Notes under the pieces: model-generated
Seen by the model: only the letters and a program-made list of their open reading frames with translations
Databases searched by the model: none
What the model was told of the DNA's origin: nothing
Position numbers and translations under genes: made by a program
Assembly (NCBI GenBank): GCA_016870195.1
Contig: VGCC01000005.1
Location: 19,126-83,125, forward strand
Source of the DNA: Actinomycetota bacterium
GTDB taxonomy: Bacteria; Actinomycetota; Actinomycetes; S36-B12
Direction: 5' to 3'
Length of the DNA stretch: 64,000 bases
Shown here: in pieces, positions 40,762 to 50,988 of the stretch
How the letters are laid out: every line of letters begins with the position of its first letter
Numbering within the stretch: the stretch's first letter is position 1

Positions 40762-42042
40762 GTGATGACCAGTCTCGATCCGCAACGCATCAAGAAGGAT
40801 TTCCCACTCCTGGAGCGCACCGTCCGGGATGGGCAGCCGTTGGTGTACCTGGACAGTGCGGCGACGTCCCAGAAGCCGCGCGCGGTCCTTGATGCGGAGC
40901 GTTCCTTTTACGAGACCTCGAATGCGGCCGCCCATCGGGGCGCCCACCAGTTGGCGGAGGAAGCCACGGAGGCCTACGAAGGCGCCCGTGCCCGCGTCGC
41001 GGGGTTCGTCGGAGCCCGGGCGAACGAAGTGGTGTTCACCAAGAACGCCACGGAGGGCTTGAACCTCGCCGCCTACGCCTTCAGCAACGCCTCCGCCCTC
41101 GCACGTCACGGCCGTGAGGTCGATCCACGATTCGCGTTGCGTCCGGGGGATTCCATCGTGGTCACCGAGATGGAACACCATGCGAATCTCGTGCCGTGGC
41201 AGGAAGTCGCTGCGAAGACCGGGGCCACGCTCCGGTGGATAGGGCTCACCGACGACGGGCGACTCGACCTCGGTGACCTCGGCAGCGTCATCGATTCGTC
41301 GACGCGTGTCGTTTCGATCGTCCACCAGTCGAACATCCTCGGAACGATCACCCCGGTTCGTCAGGTGATGGATGCCGCACATGCGGTCGGCGCGATCGGG
41401 GTCGTCGATGCCTGTCAGTCAATTCCGCACATGCCGGTGTCGATGGCGGACCTCGGCGCTGACCTCGTCGCGTGGAGTGGGCACAAGATGCTGGGTCCGA
41501 CGGGTATCGGCATGCTCTGGGGCCGCGAGGACGTGCTCGCCACCATGCCGCCGTTCCTCACCGGTGGCTCGATGATCGAGATGGTGTACCTCGACCACAG
41601 CACCTACGCACCGCCACCCCAGCGGTTCGAAGCGGGAGTGCCCATGGTGGCTCAGGCGGTCGGCCTCGGTGCCGCCGTCGAGTACCTCGACGACCTCGGG
41701 ATGGATGCCGTCGCGGCTCATGAGCATGAGCTGACCGGCTATGCGCTGGCCCGACTACAGGAGATCGATGGAGTGACCGTCATAGGTCCGCGGACGAATG
41801 TCGAGCGGGGCAGCGCGATCTCGTTCACGGTCGAGGGGATCCACCCGCATGACGTCGGACAGATTCTCGATAGTCGGGGGATCGCCGTGCGGGTCGGGCA
41901 CCACTGCGCCTGGCCCACCTGTCGACGGTACGGCGTTCCGGCCACGACACGCATCTCCACCTACATCTACAACGATCACGGAGACATCGACGCCGCCGTC
42001 GCGGGGATCCGTGCCGCTCAGAAGTACTTCGGGGTGGCGTGA
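40762..42042 (+). CDS. sufS: cysteine desulfurase SufS (class II aminotransferase V)
   Basis: It shows the PLP lysine context SGHKMLGPTGIG and the active-site Cys in RVGHHCAWP. Confidence 0.95.
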   Translation: MMTSLDPQRIKKDFPLLERTVRDGQPLVYLDSAATSQKPRAVLDAERSFYETSNAAAHRGAHQLAEEATEAYEGARARVAGFVGARANEVVFTKNATEGLNLAAYAFSNASALARHGREVDPRFALRPGDSIVVTEMEHHANLVPWQEVAAKTGATLRWIGLTDDGRLDLGDLGSVIDSSTRVVSIVHQSNILGTITPVRQVMDAAHAVGAIGVVDACQSIPHMPVSMADLGADLVAWSGHKMLGPTGIGMLWGREDVLATMPPFLTGGSMIEMVYLDHSTYAPPPQRFEAGVPMVAQAVGLGAAVEYLDDLGMDAVAAHEHELTGYALARLQEIDGVTVIGPRTNVERGSAISFTVEGIHPHDVGQILDSRGIAVRVGHHCAWPTCRRYGVPATTRISTYIYNDHGDIDAAVAGIRAAQKYFGVA

Positions 42043-42501
42043 ATGGACGTCGATTCGCTGTATCAGGAGATCATCCTCGACCACTACAGGAATCCCCGCG
42101 GCGTCGGATTGCTGCCGGAGCCGCACGGGGAGAGTCACCAGGTCAATCCCACCTGCGGTGACGAGGTCACCGTCACCGTGACGGCAGATGCGGACGGACT
42201 GCTGCACGTCGGCTACGAGGGTCAGGGATGCTCGATCTCCCAGGCGAGCGCAAGTGTGATGAGCGAATTGGTGGAGGGGCGCCCTATCGCCGAGATTCAT
42301 AGGGTCGAAGCGGCGTTCCTCGACCTGATGCGATCCAAGGGGTCAGGCACCCCCGATGAGGAAGTCCTCCAGGATGCAGTGGCATTCGCTGGGGTCTCCA
42401 AGTACCCGGCACGCATCAAGTGCGCATTGCTTCCCTGGATGGCCCTCAGGGACGCGGAAGTCAAGGCGGGAATCCCGGTGGAAGGTGGTTCATATGAGTG
42501 A
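42043..42501 (+). CDS. sufU: SUF sulfur-transfer/scaffold protein SufU
   Basis: It shows NPTCGDEV, GQGCSISQAS and KYPARIKCALL. Confidence 0.93.
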   Translation: MDVDSLYQEIILDHYRNPRGVGLLPEPHGESHQVNPTCGDEVTVTVTADADGLLHVGYEGQGCSISQASASVMSELVEGRPIAEIHRVEAAFLDLMRSKGSGTPDEEVLQDAVAFAGVSKYPARIKCALLPWMALRDAEVKAGIPVEGGSYE

Positions 42502-42820
42502 GGTCCAGACCCACGCAAGCGAGGACGATGTTCTCGAAGCCATGAAGGACGTCGTCGACCCGGAGTTGGGCATCAACGTCGTCGACCTCGGCCTGGTCTA
42601 CGGAGTGAGTGTCGATGACGCGAATATCGCCACCGTCGACATGACTCTCACGTCCGCGGCATGTCCGTTGACCGATGTGATCGAAGATCAGACCAGGATG
42701 GCGCTGTCACCTGTTGTCGCCGACTTCCGGATTAACTGGGTGTGGATGCCGCCGTGGGGACCGGACAAGATCACCGATGACGGGCGCGACATGTTGCGCT
42801 CCCTCGGCTTCAACGTGTAG
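42494..42820 (+). CDS. sufT: DUF59/MIP18 family Fe-S assembly protein (SufT-like)
   Basis: It shows DVVDPELGINVVDLGLVY and LTSAACPL. It is the last gene of the suf operon. Confidence 0.9.
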   Translation: MSEVQTHASEDDVLEAMKDVVDPELGINVVDLGLVYGVSVDDANIATVDMTLTSAACPLTDVIEDQTRMALSPVVADFRINWVWMPPWGPDKITDDGRDMLRSLGFNV

Positions 42821-42841
42821 CCACCGTACGATCGGCGCGTC

Positions 42842-44434
42842 ATGATCCGCGCCACAGGCATCGAACTCCGCGCTGGCTCCGAACTCCTCCTCGAGGCGGA
42901 GTCGCTGCGCGTGGATCGAGGCGACCGCATCGGCCTTGTCGGTCGCAATGGGGCGGGGAAGACCACCTTGACCCGGGTATTGGCGGGGGAGGGCATCCCG
43001 GCGTCCGGAACCGTGGACCGTCGAGGTTCGGTCGGCTACCTCCCCCAGGACCCACGGAGCGCGGACCCGCACGAATCAGCCCGGGGACGGATCCTCTCGG
43101 GCCGTGGACTGGCTCAGGTGGTCCGCCGACTCGAGTCCCTACGCCAGGAGATGACACATCTAGACGATCCGTCCATCGTGGGCGACAAGTACGCGCGAGC
43201 CGAGGCCGAGTTCGAATCCAAGGGCGGGTACGCGGCGGAAGCGGAGGCAGCCTCGATCGCCGCGTCCGTGGGGTTGCCTCCGCGGGTGCTGGAGCAGGAA
43301 CTCGGGACTCTCTCCGGCGGTCAGCGCAGGCGGATCGAACTGGCCCGCATCCTGTTCAGTGGTGCGGACATCCTCCTGCTCGATGAGCCGACGAACCACC
43401 TTGATGCCGACTCGATCGTGTGGTTGCGAGGATTCCTGTCGAGCTATCAGGGTGGCTTCATCGTGATCAGTCACGACACGGAGCTTCTCGAGGCGACGGT
43501 CAACAAGGTCTGGCACCTGGACGCCCAACGACATGTCATCGATCAGTATGCAATGTCGTGGAAGAACTACCTCCTGGCCCGTGAGACGGACGAACGTCGG
43601 CGCAAGCGCGAGCGGCGTAACGCCGAACAACAGGCGGAGGCCCTTCGAACACAGGCGGAGCGTATGCGCGCCAAGGCGACAAAAGCCAAAGCTGCGCAAT
43701 CGATGTTCAAGCGTGCCGAACGACTACTGGGGGATGCAGAGGGAGAGAGACGGTCGGAGCGGGTTGCGAAACTGCGATTCCCCGAACCGAGGCCGTGCGG
43801 TCGGGTTCCGATCGAGGCGACGGGCCTATCGAAGTCCTACGGGTCCGTCGAAGTCTTCACGGACATCGACCTGGCCATCGACCGCGGATCCCGCGTCGTG
43901 ATCCTGGGACTGAACGGTGCCGGCAAGACCACGCTCTTGCGCATCCTGGCCGGCGTCGATCGGGCGGACACCGGAAGCGTCGATCGAGGGCATGGTGCGG
44001 TTGTCGGCTACTACGCCCAGGAGCACGAAACCCTGGACCCGGCCGCCACCGTTCATCAGACGCTGGCGTCGGCGGCGCCGGATCTAGACGAGACCTCGCG
44101 GCGCACCGTGCTCGGCTCCTTCCTGTTCCAGGGCTCCGCCGTGGACAAGCCCACGCATGTCCTCTCGGGTGGGGAGAAGACACGTCTCGCCCTCGCGTGC
44201 CTCGTGGTGTCGGGGGCGAACGTGCTCCTCTTGGACGAGCCGACGAACAACCTGGACCCCGCCAGCCGCACGGAGGTACTCACCGCGCTGGCGTCCTACC
44301 GGGGGGCGGTGGTGCTGGTGAGCCACGATCCGGGCGCCGTGGCAGCCTTGTCACCCGAGCGGGTCGTCCTCCTGCCTGATGGTGACGAGGACCTGTGGAG
44401 CGACGAATACGCGGGATTGGTGGAACTGGCATGA
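42842..44434 (+). CDS. ABC-F family ATPase (two ABC domains, no TMD)
   Basis: It has two Walker A motifs (GRNGAGKTT, GLNGAGKTT), two signatures (LSGGQRRR, LSGGEKTR), and an R/K/E-rich inter-domain linker. Its position resembles that of Rv1473. Confidence 0.92.
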   Translation: MIRATGIELRAGSELLLEAESLRVDRGDRIGLVGRNGAGKTTLTRVLAGEGIPASGTVDRRGSVGYLPQDPRSADPHESARGRILSGRGLAQVVRRLESLRQEMTHLDDPSIVGDKYARAEAEFESKGGYAAEAEAASIAASVGLPPRVLEQELGTLSGGQRRRIELARILFSGADILLLDEPTNHLDADSIVWLRGFLSSYQGGFIVISHDTELLEATVNKVWHLDAQRHVIDQYAMSWKNYLLARETDERRRKRERRNAEQQAEALRTQAERMRAKATKAKAAQSMFKRAERLLGDAEGERRSERVAKLRFPEPRPCGRVPIEATGLSKSYGSVEVFTDIDLAIDRGSRVVILGLNGAGKTTLLRILAGVDRADTGSVDRGHGAVVGYYAQEHETLDPAATVHQTLASAAPDLDETSRRTVLGSFLFQGSAVDKPTHVLSGGEKTRLALACLVVSGANVLLLDEPTNNLDPASRTEVLTALASYRGAVVLVSHDPGAVAALSPERVVLLPDGDEDLWSDEYAGLVELA

Positions 44435-45189
44435 ACACACCCGGTGGCGTGCGCGTGTGGCAGGAGGAGCCGGACGTCCTGCGGGTGCGCCTCGACCGCC
44501 CTGAGAGCCGCAACGCGCAAACGCCCCAGACATGGGCGGACCTGGTATCCGTCGCGGATCAGGTCACACCAGAAACGCGGTTCGTAATCCTGGACGGCAC
44601 CGCTCCCGACTTCAGTGCCGGACTCGATCGGGCGCTGTTCGCACCGGGGGCCTCCGACGTCACCCTGCTCAGCCTGGCCCAGGGCACCGACGCGGAGTTG
44701 GATACCTTCATCCAGGCCGCTCAGGCTGCCTTCCGCGTGTGGCGGTCGCTTGACGCGCACGTGGTCGCCGTGGTTCAGGGCAATGCGATCGGCGCGGGAT
44801 TCCAGTTAGCTCTCGCGGCGGATCTCGTGGTGGTGCACCCGGAGGCACACCTCGTACTGCGTGAGACCGCGCTGGGAATCATCCCCGACCTCGGCGCTGC
44901 CGCGCATCTGCACCCAACCCTGGGGTATTCGCGCGCCCTCGCGCTGACCAGCGGAATACCGATCAGCGGAAGCACGGCCTACGCCTGGGGACTGGCCACG
45001 GTGCTCTCGGAGTCTCCGGAGGAGGCTACCCAGGTGCTACTCGATCAGTTGCGCGCAGCCAATCCGGGTGCCCTGAGAGCGGCAAAGCGAGTGATGGCGG
45101 ATGTCTCCGCTGGTGCTGAGCCGTGGGTGACCGAGCGTCATGCGCAGATGCAGCGGATGCGTGATCTGATCCGCGAGTTCACGCAATGA
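44431..45189 (+). CDS. enoyl-CoA hydratase/isomerase (crotonase) family protein
   Basis: It has the crotonase fold markers LDRPESRNA, FSAGLD and GNAIGAGFQLALAADL. It is coupled to the ABC-F gene by an ATGA overlap. Confidence 0.85.
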   Translation: MNTPGGVRVWQEEPDVLRVRLDRPESRNAQTPQTWADLVSVADQVTPETRFVILDGTAPDFSAGLDRALFAPGASDVTLLSLAQGTDAELDTFIQAAQAAFRVWRSLDAHVVAVVQGNAIGAGFQLALAADLVVVHPEAHLVLRETALGIIPDLGAAAHLHPTLGYSRALALTSGIPISGSTAYAWGLATVLSESPEEATQVLLDQLRAANPGALRAAKRVMADVSAGAEPWVTERHAQMQRMRDLIREFTQ

Positions 45190-47057
45190 GCAACTACAAC
45201 ATCTGGCAGACCTACCAGTCCTTCACCCGGGACCGATCCGTGTCCCGGACCCGGTTGCAGCGTTCGGTTGTGCGCCGGATCCTCTCCTATGCACTTCCGT
45301 ACCGATCCCTGATCGTGCTGTTCCTCATCACGGTGACCGTTGCGTCCGTGCTCGCAGTAGCGCAGCCACTTCTGTTTCGCCGGATCGTGGACGAGGGCAT
45401 CAGCGTCGGCGATGCCGGTCTCGTCACGTGGACCGCGATCCTCATCGCTGCGCTGGCATTTGCGGATGCAGGGCTGGGGCTTGTGGGCCGTTGGTACTCC
45501 GCACGCATCGGTGAGGGTCTGATCTTCGACCTGCGCACTGAGGTGTACGACCACGTGCAGCGGCAGTCGGTGGCATTCTTCACGCGCGCCCAGACGGGTG
45601 CCCTCGTATCGCGGCTCAACAGCGACGTCATCGGTGCCCAGCAGGCTTTCACCTCCACCCTGGGCGGAGTCGTCGGGAACATCATCACCCTGGTGATCGT
45701 GCTGGTGGCGATGTTCGCACTGTCCTGGCAGATCACCCTCTTGGCCCTCGTGCTTCTCCCGCTCTTCCTGATTCCAGCGCGCTACATGGGGAGGACCCTT
45801 CAAGCCCTCACTCGGGAGCAGATGCAGACGAACGCCTCGATGAGCTCGCAGATGACAGAGCGATTCAATGTTGCGGGCGCACTGCTGGTGAAATTCTTCG
45901 GTGACCCGGGGCGCGAGGCTGCGCTGTTCGCAGGCAAGGCGGCACTGGTCCGGGACACCGGTGTCCGGATAGCTATGGCGAACCGCTACTTCTTCACCGC
46001 CCTCACGCTCGTCGCTGCGCTCGCCACGGCGCTCACCTACGGGGTCGGCGGCAATCTGGTTATCGCAGGAACGATCAGCTTGGGCACCTTGATCGCCCTG
46101 GTCGCGCTCCTCGCTCAGATGTACGGACCGCTGACCGCGTTGTCCAACGTTCGCGTCGACGTGATGACCGCCTTGGTGTCATTCGAGCGTGTCTTCGAGG
46201 TACTCGATCTCCCGCCGCTAGTGGCCCCCCCGACGCGCCCACGTCCGCTTCCGAACGGACCACTCGGCGTGGAGTTCGACGACGTCTCCTTCCGTTACCC
46301 GGCAGCGCGCGACGTGAGCCTGGCCAGTCTGGAGTCCATCGCCGTGGCCGAGGTGGACCGCCCGTCAGCGGACGTACTCGATCACATGAACTTCAGCGTT
46401 CCCGCGGGCACGATGACGGCGCTCGTTGGCACGAGTGGTGCGGGGAAGACGACCATCACCGCCCTTGTCGCACGGCTCTACGACCCGACGTCGGGGGTCG
46501 TTCGCATCGGCGGGGTCGACGTCGCCGATGTGGAATCTCAGGAACTCCGCGAGGCGATCGGTGCCGTGACCCAGGACTCGCACCTCTTTCACGACACAAT
46601 TCGGGCGAACCTGTCCTTCGCGCGGCCCGACGCAAGCGAGGAGGACATGGTCGCTGCGTGCCGGGCGGCGCACATCTGGCACGTCATCGAGACCCTGCCC
46701 GACGGCCTGGACACGGTGGTGGGAGACCGGGGTTATCGACTCTCGGGCGGGGAGAAGCAGCGGATCGCCATCGCGCGTGTCCTGCTCAAGGCCCCTCGGA
46801 TCGTGATCCTCGATGAGGCGACCGCACACCTCGATAGTGAGAGCGAAGTCCTGGTGCAACAGGCCCTGGATACAGCCCTCGCCAACCGGACCTCCCTCGT
46901 GATCGCGCACCGTCTCTCGACGATCCTGCGTGCCGATCAGATCCTGGTCGTGGCGGGTGGCCGCATCGTCGAACGCGGAACACACCGAGAACTGATCGGC
47001 CGCGGCGGGATGTACGCGGACCTGTACACGACTCAGTTCGCCAGCTCTGCTTCCTGA
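45186..47057 (+). CDS. ABC exporter, fused permease/ATPase (MsbA/MdlB type)
   Basis: A six-TM N-terminal domain is followed by GTSGAGKTT, LSGGEKQRIAIAR and ILDEATAHLD. Confidence 0.92.
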   Translation: MSNYNIWQTYQSFTRDRSVSRTRLQRSVVRRILSYALPYRSLIVLFLITVTVASVLAVAQPLLFRRIVDEGISVGDAGLVTWTAILIAALAFADAGLGLVGRWYSARIGEGLIFDLRTEVYDHVQRQSVAFFTRAQTGALVSRLNSDVIGAQQAFTSTLGGVVGNIITLVIVLVAMFALSWQITLLALVLLPLFLIPARYMGRTLQALTREQMQTNASMSSQMTERFNVAGALLVKFFGDPGREAALFAGKAALVRDTGVRIAMANRYFFTALTLVAALATALTYGVGGNLVIAGTISLGTLIALVALLAQMYGPLTALSNVRVDVMTALVSFERVFEVLDLPPLVAPPTRPRPLPNGPLGVEFDDVSFRYPAARDVSLASLESIAVAEVDRPSADVLDHMNFSVPAGTMTALVGTSGAGKTTITALVARLYDPTSGVVRIGGVDVADVESQELREAIGAVTQDSHLFHDTIRANLSFARPDASEEDMVAACRAAHIWHVIETLPDGLDTVVGDRGYRLSGGEKQRIAIARVLLKAPRIVILDEATAHLDSESEVLVQQALDTALANRTSLVIAHRLSTILRADQILVVAGGRIVERGTHRELIGRGGMYADLYTTQFASSAS

Positions 47058-47749
47058 GCATCCTCGCGGGCTTCACGCCGGAGGAATATGAACCACCCGC
47101 TGATTGCGACGGCGGCGAAGAGGATCCACTGCACGGCGTAGGAGATATTCCGGCTCTCATCGATGTCGGGGAGGTCCAGCACTTCCAGTCCGATCTCCTC
47201 CTGAGACGACTGGATCCACTGGGGATATGCATCACCGTCGAGTCGTGGGAGTTCCGCCGTGCTCATCGCGGTGATCTGTCCACTGGGCAGATCTGCGGGT
47301 GTCGGTCCGGTGTCTTCGAAGGCTCGGAGGTATCCGGCGATGGCTTGTGGGCCAGATGGCGCCGGGGGCACCGGGATCGACGTCGTGGCGGCCGTTTGGG
47401 AGGGCATCCACCCGCGTACGACCCACACGTGCGTGCCGGGAAGGTTGCCCGGTTCCAAGGCCGATGCCACCCAGAAGCCGTTACCGCCCCCCTGGGGGCG
47501 TGAGCGGACCAGACGATCGCTTCCCTCGACGAACGCGCCCTCCACCGTGACACGTGAGTACTCGGGATACTCCCCGGTGTCCAGGGGCTGTGGCTCGGCG
47601 GTGAGCCGCGTCGTCAATTCGGTGCGGTCAACGCGGTGCTCCTCGGCGCGACTCCACTGCCAGGCACTCAGCAGACCGAACGCCACGACCGCCACGACCA
47701 CGGCGACGGTGAATCCGATCCAGCGGCCAGTTCGCAGCAGTGCCCACAC
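47033..47749 (-). CDS. SURF1 family cytochrome oxidase biogenesis protein
   Basis: It has N- and C-terminal TM segments and the SURF1-like pattern WQWSRAEEH...VRGW...PQW. It converges on the exporter gene with a 25-nt overlap. Confidence 0.8.
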   Translation of the reverse strand: MWALLRTGRWIGFTVAVVVAVVAFGLLSAWQWSRAEEHRVDRTELTTRLTAEPQPLDTGEYPEYSRVTVEGAFVEGSDRLVRSRPQGGGNGFWVASALEPGNLPGTHVWVVRGWMPSQTAATTSIPVPPAPSGPQAIAGYLRAFEDTGPTPADLPSGQITAMSTAELPRLDGDAYPQWIQSSQEEIGLEVLDLPDIDESRNISYAVQWILFAAVAISGWFIFLRREAREDAQEAELAN

Positions 47750-47766
47750 ACCAGCAGGATAAGCCG

Positions 47767-48099
47767 CTACGCGTCCGATCGATCGGGCTCGACGATGACT
47801 CCCTCGATCGCCGCGCCAGAAGCAGGGAGAGCCGCCTGGGGTTGCGGGACGACACCCAGGTCACCGGAGCGATCACGTGACTTGCCTGCGTTTGCGATCA
47901 CAACGGCGAAGTACGGCAGCACCACGGCCCCTGCGATCAGGACCCATCGGGGCCACCCCGGCACGATGATCGCCCCGAGTACACAGGCAGTGCGGATGCC
48001 CATCGACAGCAGGTATTTGCGGGTGCGCGACGTCTGCTCGTCGGAGAGTGCGCGCTGGGCACCTGTGATGGTGTGCACGTCCTGCGGGGATGTCGCCAC
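47767..48099 (-). CDS. DUF3099-like small membrane protein
   Basis: It shows ITGAQRALSDEQTSRTRKYLLSMGIR followed by two TM segments. I chose the GTG at 48099. The ORF is open to 48246, where it would overlap the dodecin gene. Confidence 0.65.
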   Translation of the reverse strand: MATSPQDVHTITGAQRALSDEQTSRTRKYLLSMGIRTACVLGAIIVPGWPRWVLIAGAVVLPYFAVVIANAGKSRDRSGDLGVVPQPQAALPASGAAIEGVIVEPDRSDA

Positions 48100-48172
48100 A
48101 AGAGCACGGTACGGGGGAAAGCGACCTGCCGCCAGGTGAGCCCTAGGCTGCGCGCGAGGAGAGGAGCGAATC

Positions 48173-48385
48173 GTGGCGGATCGGGCGTACGGCATCACCG
48201 AGATCGTGGGAACCTCCCGGGAGTCCATTGAGGCCGCGGTGCGCAATGCCGTAGCCAGGGCCGGGGACCAGCGTCGCCATGTGGACTGGTTCGAGGTTGA
48301 GCAGATCCGCGGCTACGTCCGGGAGAACACGGTCGACCACTTCCAGGTGACGGTGAAGGTGGGCTACCGCCTCGAGGATTCCTGA
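48173..48385 (+). CDS. dodecin family flavin-binding protein
   Basis: It is 70 aa and shows YGITEIVGTSRESIEAAVRNAV...WFEV...F.V.VKVGYRL, typical of bacterial dodecins. Confidence 0.88.
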   Translation: MADRAYGITEIVGTSRESIEAAVRNAVARAGDQRRHVDWFEVEQIRGYVRENTVDHFQVTVKVGYRLEDS

Positions 48386-48386
48386 G

Positions 48387-49028
48387 ATGTGGGACAAGCG
48401 GTCTTTCGATCGGCTGGTGAGTTTCACCGACGCGGTGACCGCGGTCGCCATCACGCTCCTCATCTTGTCCGTCATCGACATCCGGGCCACCCCAGGCGAA
48501 GGTTCTGTCTGGGATGTGCTCTCAGACAACTCGAGTGAGTTGATCACCTTCGGTTTCACGTTCGTGGTGGTGGCAGTCATGTGGCAGGTGCATCTTCGAG
48601 TTTTCCGCCGCCTGATTGCCTTCGACGCGGTGATCTTTTGGCTCAACCTGCTGTGGTTGATCGGCATCGTGCTTCTGCCATGGACGAGTTCGGTGTACGG
48701 CGAAGGGATGGGCGTTGCGGCGAGCGCGACGGCTCGAGACGAAGGTATGGGGGGAACCGGGCTGCTCTACTGGTGCAACCTCGCGGTGATCTCCTGGAGT
48801 GCGGCATTGATCGGGTGGCACGCGCTGCGTCATCCGGAACTCTGCGATCCGCATATGAAGGCGGTCACCCGTCCCCGCAGGGGATTCATCTTTGGATTCG
48901 CGTTCCTCATCGTGGGAATTGCCAGCGTCTTCGCGCCCGTGCTCGGGTCGTGGCTGGCCTTGATCTTTATCCCGCTGGGAATCATCCTGTCCCGCATCGA
49001 CGATCGGAGGGCACGGAGTGCGACCTGA
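48387..49028 (+). CDS. TMEM175/DUF1211 family potassium channel-like protein
   Basis: It has the signature RLVSFTDAVTAVAITLLIL and six TM-like segments. Confidence 0.82.
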   Translation: MWDKRSFDRLVSFTDAVTAVAITLLILSVIDIRATPGEGSVWDVLSDNSSELITFGFTFVVVAVMWQVHLRVFRRLIAFDAVIFWLNLLWLIGIVLLPWTSSVYGEGMGVAASATARDEGMGGTGLLYWCNLAVISWSAALIGWHALRHPELCDPHMKAVTRPRRGFIFGFAFLIVGIASVFAPVLGSWLALIFIPLGIILSRIDDRRARSAT

Positions 49029-49728
49029 GGGAGTAGTGCTGGTTACGGGGGGTAACCGCGGTATCGGGCTCGCCTGTGCGCGCAGGTTGCGCGATGCCGG
49101 ATGGTCAGTCGTGGTGGGATCCCGTTCGGGGTTGGCACCCGATGGTCTCGCGGCAGTTTCGCTGGATCTTGCCGACCCCGCCTCGATCGAGCGGGCCTTC
49201 GACCATGTGACCCAGGCACATGGACCGGTGATCGCCTTGGTGAACAACGCTGGCATCACTGCGGACACACTGCTGATGCGGATGTCCGACACGGACATCG
49301 ATACCGTCTTGGAGACGAATCTCGCGGGGCCGATCCGATTGACGCGGGCAGCGGTTCGCGGGATGGTTCGGGCCCGCTGGGGCCGGATCGTGTTCGTGTC
49401 GTCGGTTGTCGCGACCATGGGCGGGCCCGGGCAGGTCAACTATGCGGCGTCGAAATCCGGGATGATCGGTGTCGCCCGATCACTCGCGCGAGAACTGGGT
49501 CCCCGTGGAATCACAGCCAACGTAGTGGCTCCCGGGTTCGTGGATACGGATATGACTGCGGAACTCGATGATTCGCGGCGGGAACAGATCCTGACGTCGA
49601 TACCGTTGGGGCGCTACGCATCACCGGACGAGATTGCCGGGGTCGTGACGTTCCTGTGTTCGGACGACGCCGGCTACGTCACCGGTGCCGTGGTGCCGGT
49701 CGACGGCGGTCTCGGCATGGGCCACTGA
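49018..49728 (+). CDS. fabG: 3-oxoacyl-ACP reductase (FabG1/MabA-like SDR)
   Basis: It shows VTGGNRGIG, NNAGI and YAASKSG. It is followed by inhA, as in Rv1483-1484. Confidence 0.92.
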   Translation: MRPEGVVLVTGGNRGIGLACARRLRDAGWSVVVGSRSGLAPDGLAAVSLDLADPASIERAFDHVTQAHGPVIALVNNAGITADTLLMRMSDTDIDTVLETNLAGPIRLTRAAVRGMVRARWGRIVFVSSVVATMGGPGQVNYAASKSGMIGVARSLARELGPRGITANVVAPGFVDTDMTAELDDSRREQILTSIPLGRYASPDEIAGVVTFLCSDDAGYVTGAVVPVDGGLGMGH

Positions 49729-49738
49729 AGGGAGAGGC

Positions 49739-50506
49739 GTGGGAATCCTGGATGGTCGCTCCGTGCTCGTCACGGGCGTGTTGACGGATCAGTCGATCGC
49801 TTTTCACATTGCGCGCCTGTGTCAGGAGGAGGGCGCCTCCGTGATCCTGACCTCCTTCGGTCGGGCGCTCTCACTCACCACGCGCGTCGCCACCCGACTT
49901 CCGAATCCCGTCGAGACAGTCGAGTTGGACGTGACCGAACGGGAGCACCTCGAGTCTCTGGCAGATCGGCTCCGGCCGTTCGCCGACCACATCGATGGCG
50001 TCGTGCATTCGATCGGTTTCGCGCCGGAAGCTGCGCTGGGCGGAAACTTCCTCAACACCGAGTGGGCGGACGTCTCGACAGCCGTCGAGGTGAGTGCCTA
50101 CTCGCTCAAGTCCCTGACGATGGCCTGCCTCCCTCTTATGGATCGCGGCGGTTCGGTGGTGGGGCTGGACTTCGACGCCAGCGTGGCCTGGCCGACCTAT
50201 GACTGGATGGGGGTGGCCAAAGCGGCTCTCGAGAGCACATCGCGCTACTTGGCCCGAGACCTCGGGTCGCGGGGGATCCGAGTGAACCTCGTTGCCGCGG
50301 GCCCCATTCGCACCATGGCGGCCAAGAGCATCCCGGGATTCGAGGAATTCGAGGAGGTGTGGAAGGAGCGCGCACCCCTGGGCTGGGACCTCACGAATCC
50401 GGAGCCTGCGGCGCGCGCCTGCGTTGCGCTCTTGTCGGACTGGTTCCCGGCTACGACCGGTGAGATCGTGCACGTCGACGGCGGTGTCCACTCGCAGGGT
50501 GCGTGA
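49739..50506 (+). CDS. inhA: NADH-dependent enoyl-ACP reductase (InhA/FabI)
   Basis: It shows LVTGVLTDQSIAFHIA and YDWMGVAKAALES (Tyr/Lys pair). The GTG start follows the RBS GAAGGGAGAGG. Confidence 0.92.
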   Translation: MGILDGRSVLVTGVLTDQSIAFHIARLCQEEGASVILTSFGRALSLTTRVATRLPNPVETVELDVTEREHLESLADRLRPFADHIDGVVHSIGFAPEAALGGNFLNTEWADVSTAVEVSAYSLKSLTMACLPLMDRGGSVVGLDFDASVAWPTYDWMGVAKAALESTSRYLARDLGSRGIRVNLVAAGPIRTMAAKSIPGFEEFEEVWKERAPLGWDLTNPEPAARACVALLSDWFPATTGEIVHVDGGVHSQGA

Positions 50507-50988
50507 TGGGGCTTCTCGTTCTGATGCGCCACGCGAAATCCGATTACCCGCCCGGGGTTCCGGATCATCGGCGACCGCTGGCGAAGCGGGGACGTCGGGA
50601 AGCACCACTGATGGCACCACTCCTCAATCGCGAACTGGTGGAGTCGGCGTGGGTCCTCGCGCTTGTCTCCGACGCAGTGCGCTCGCAGCAGACCTGGGCC
50701 GCCGTCTCGGGGGCGTGGAATCGTCGTGTGCGCGTTGAGACCGCGCCTGCACTTTACGAGGCAGAGGTAAGTGCAATCGCGGATCGCGTGCGTTCTGTCG
50801 AGTCTGCGGATGCCGTCATCGTGGTCGGACACAATCCTGGTTTGGAGGACTCGGTGCGCGCCTGGGTCGGGCACGAGGCAATCGACAGGTTCCCCACGTC
50901 AGCCTTTGCAGTACTCGAGTGTGATCAGCCATGGGCGACATTCGACCGCGGTGCCGTGCGCCTCAGGTCATTCCACGTCGCGCGCTAG
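50503..50988 (+). CDS. histidine phosphatase family protein (SixA-like)
   Basis: It has the RHG-type motif LMRHAKS followed by RPL..RG, and a later VGHNPG. Confidence 0.85.
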   Translation: MMGLLVLMRHAKSDYPPGVPDHRRPLAKRGRREAPLMAPLLNRELVESAWVLALVSDAVRSQQTWAAVSGAWNRRVRVETAPALYEAEVSAIADRVRSVESADAVIVVGHNPGLEDSVRAWVGHEAIDRFPTSAFAVLECDQPWATFDRGAVRLRSFHVAR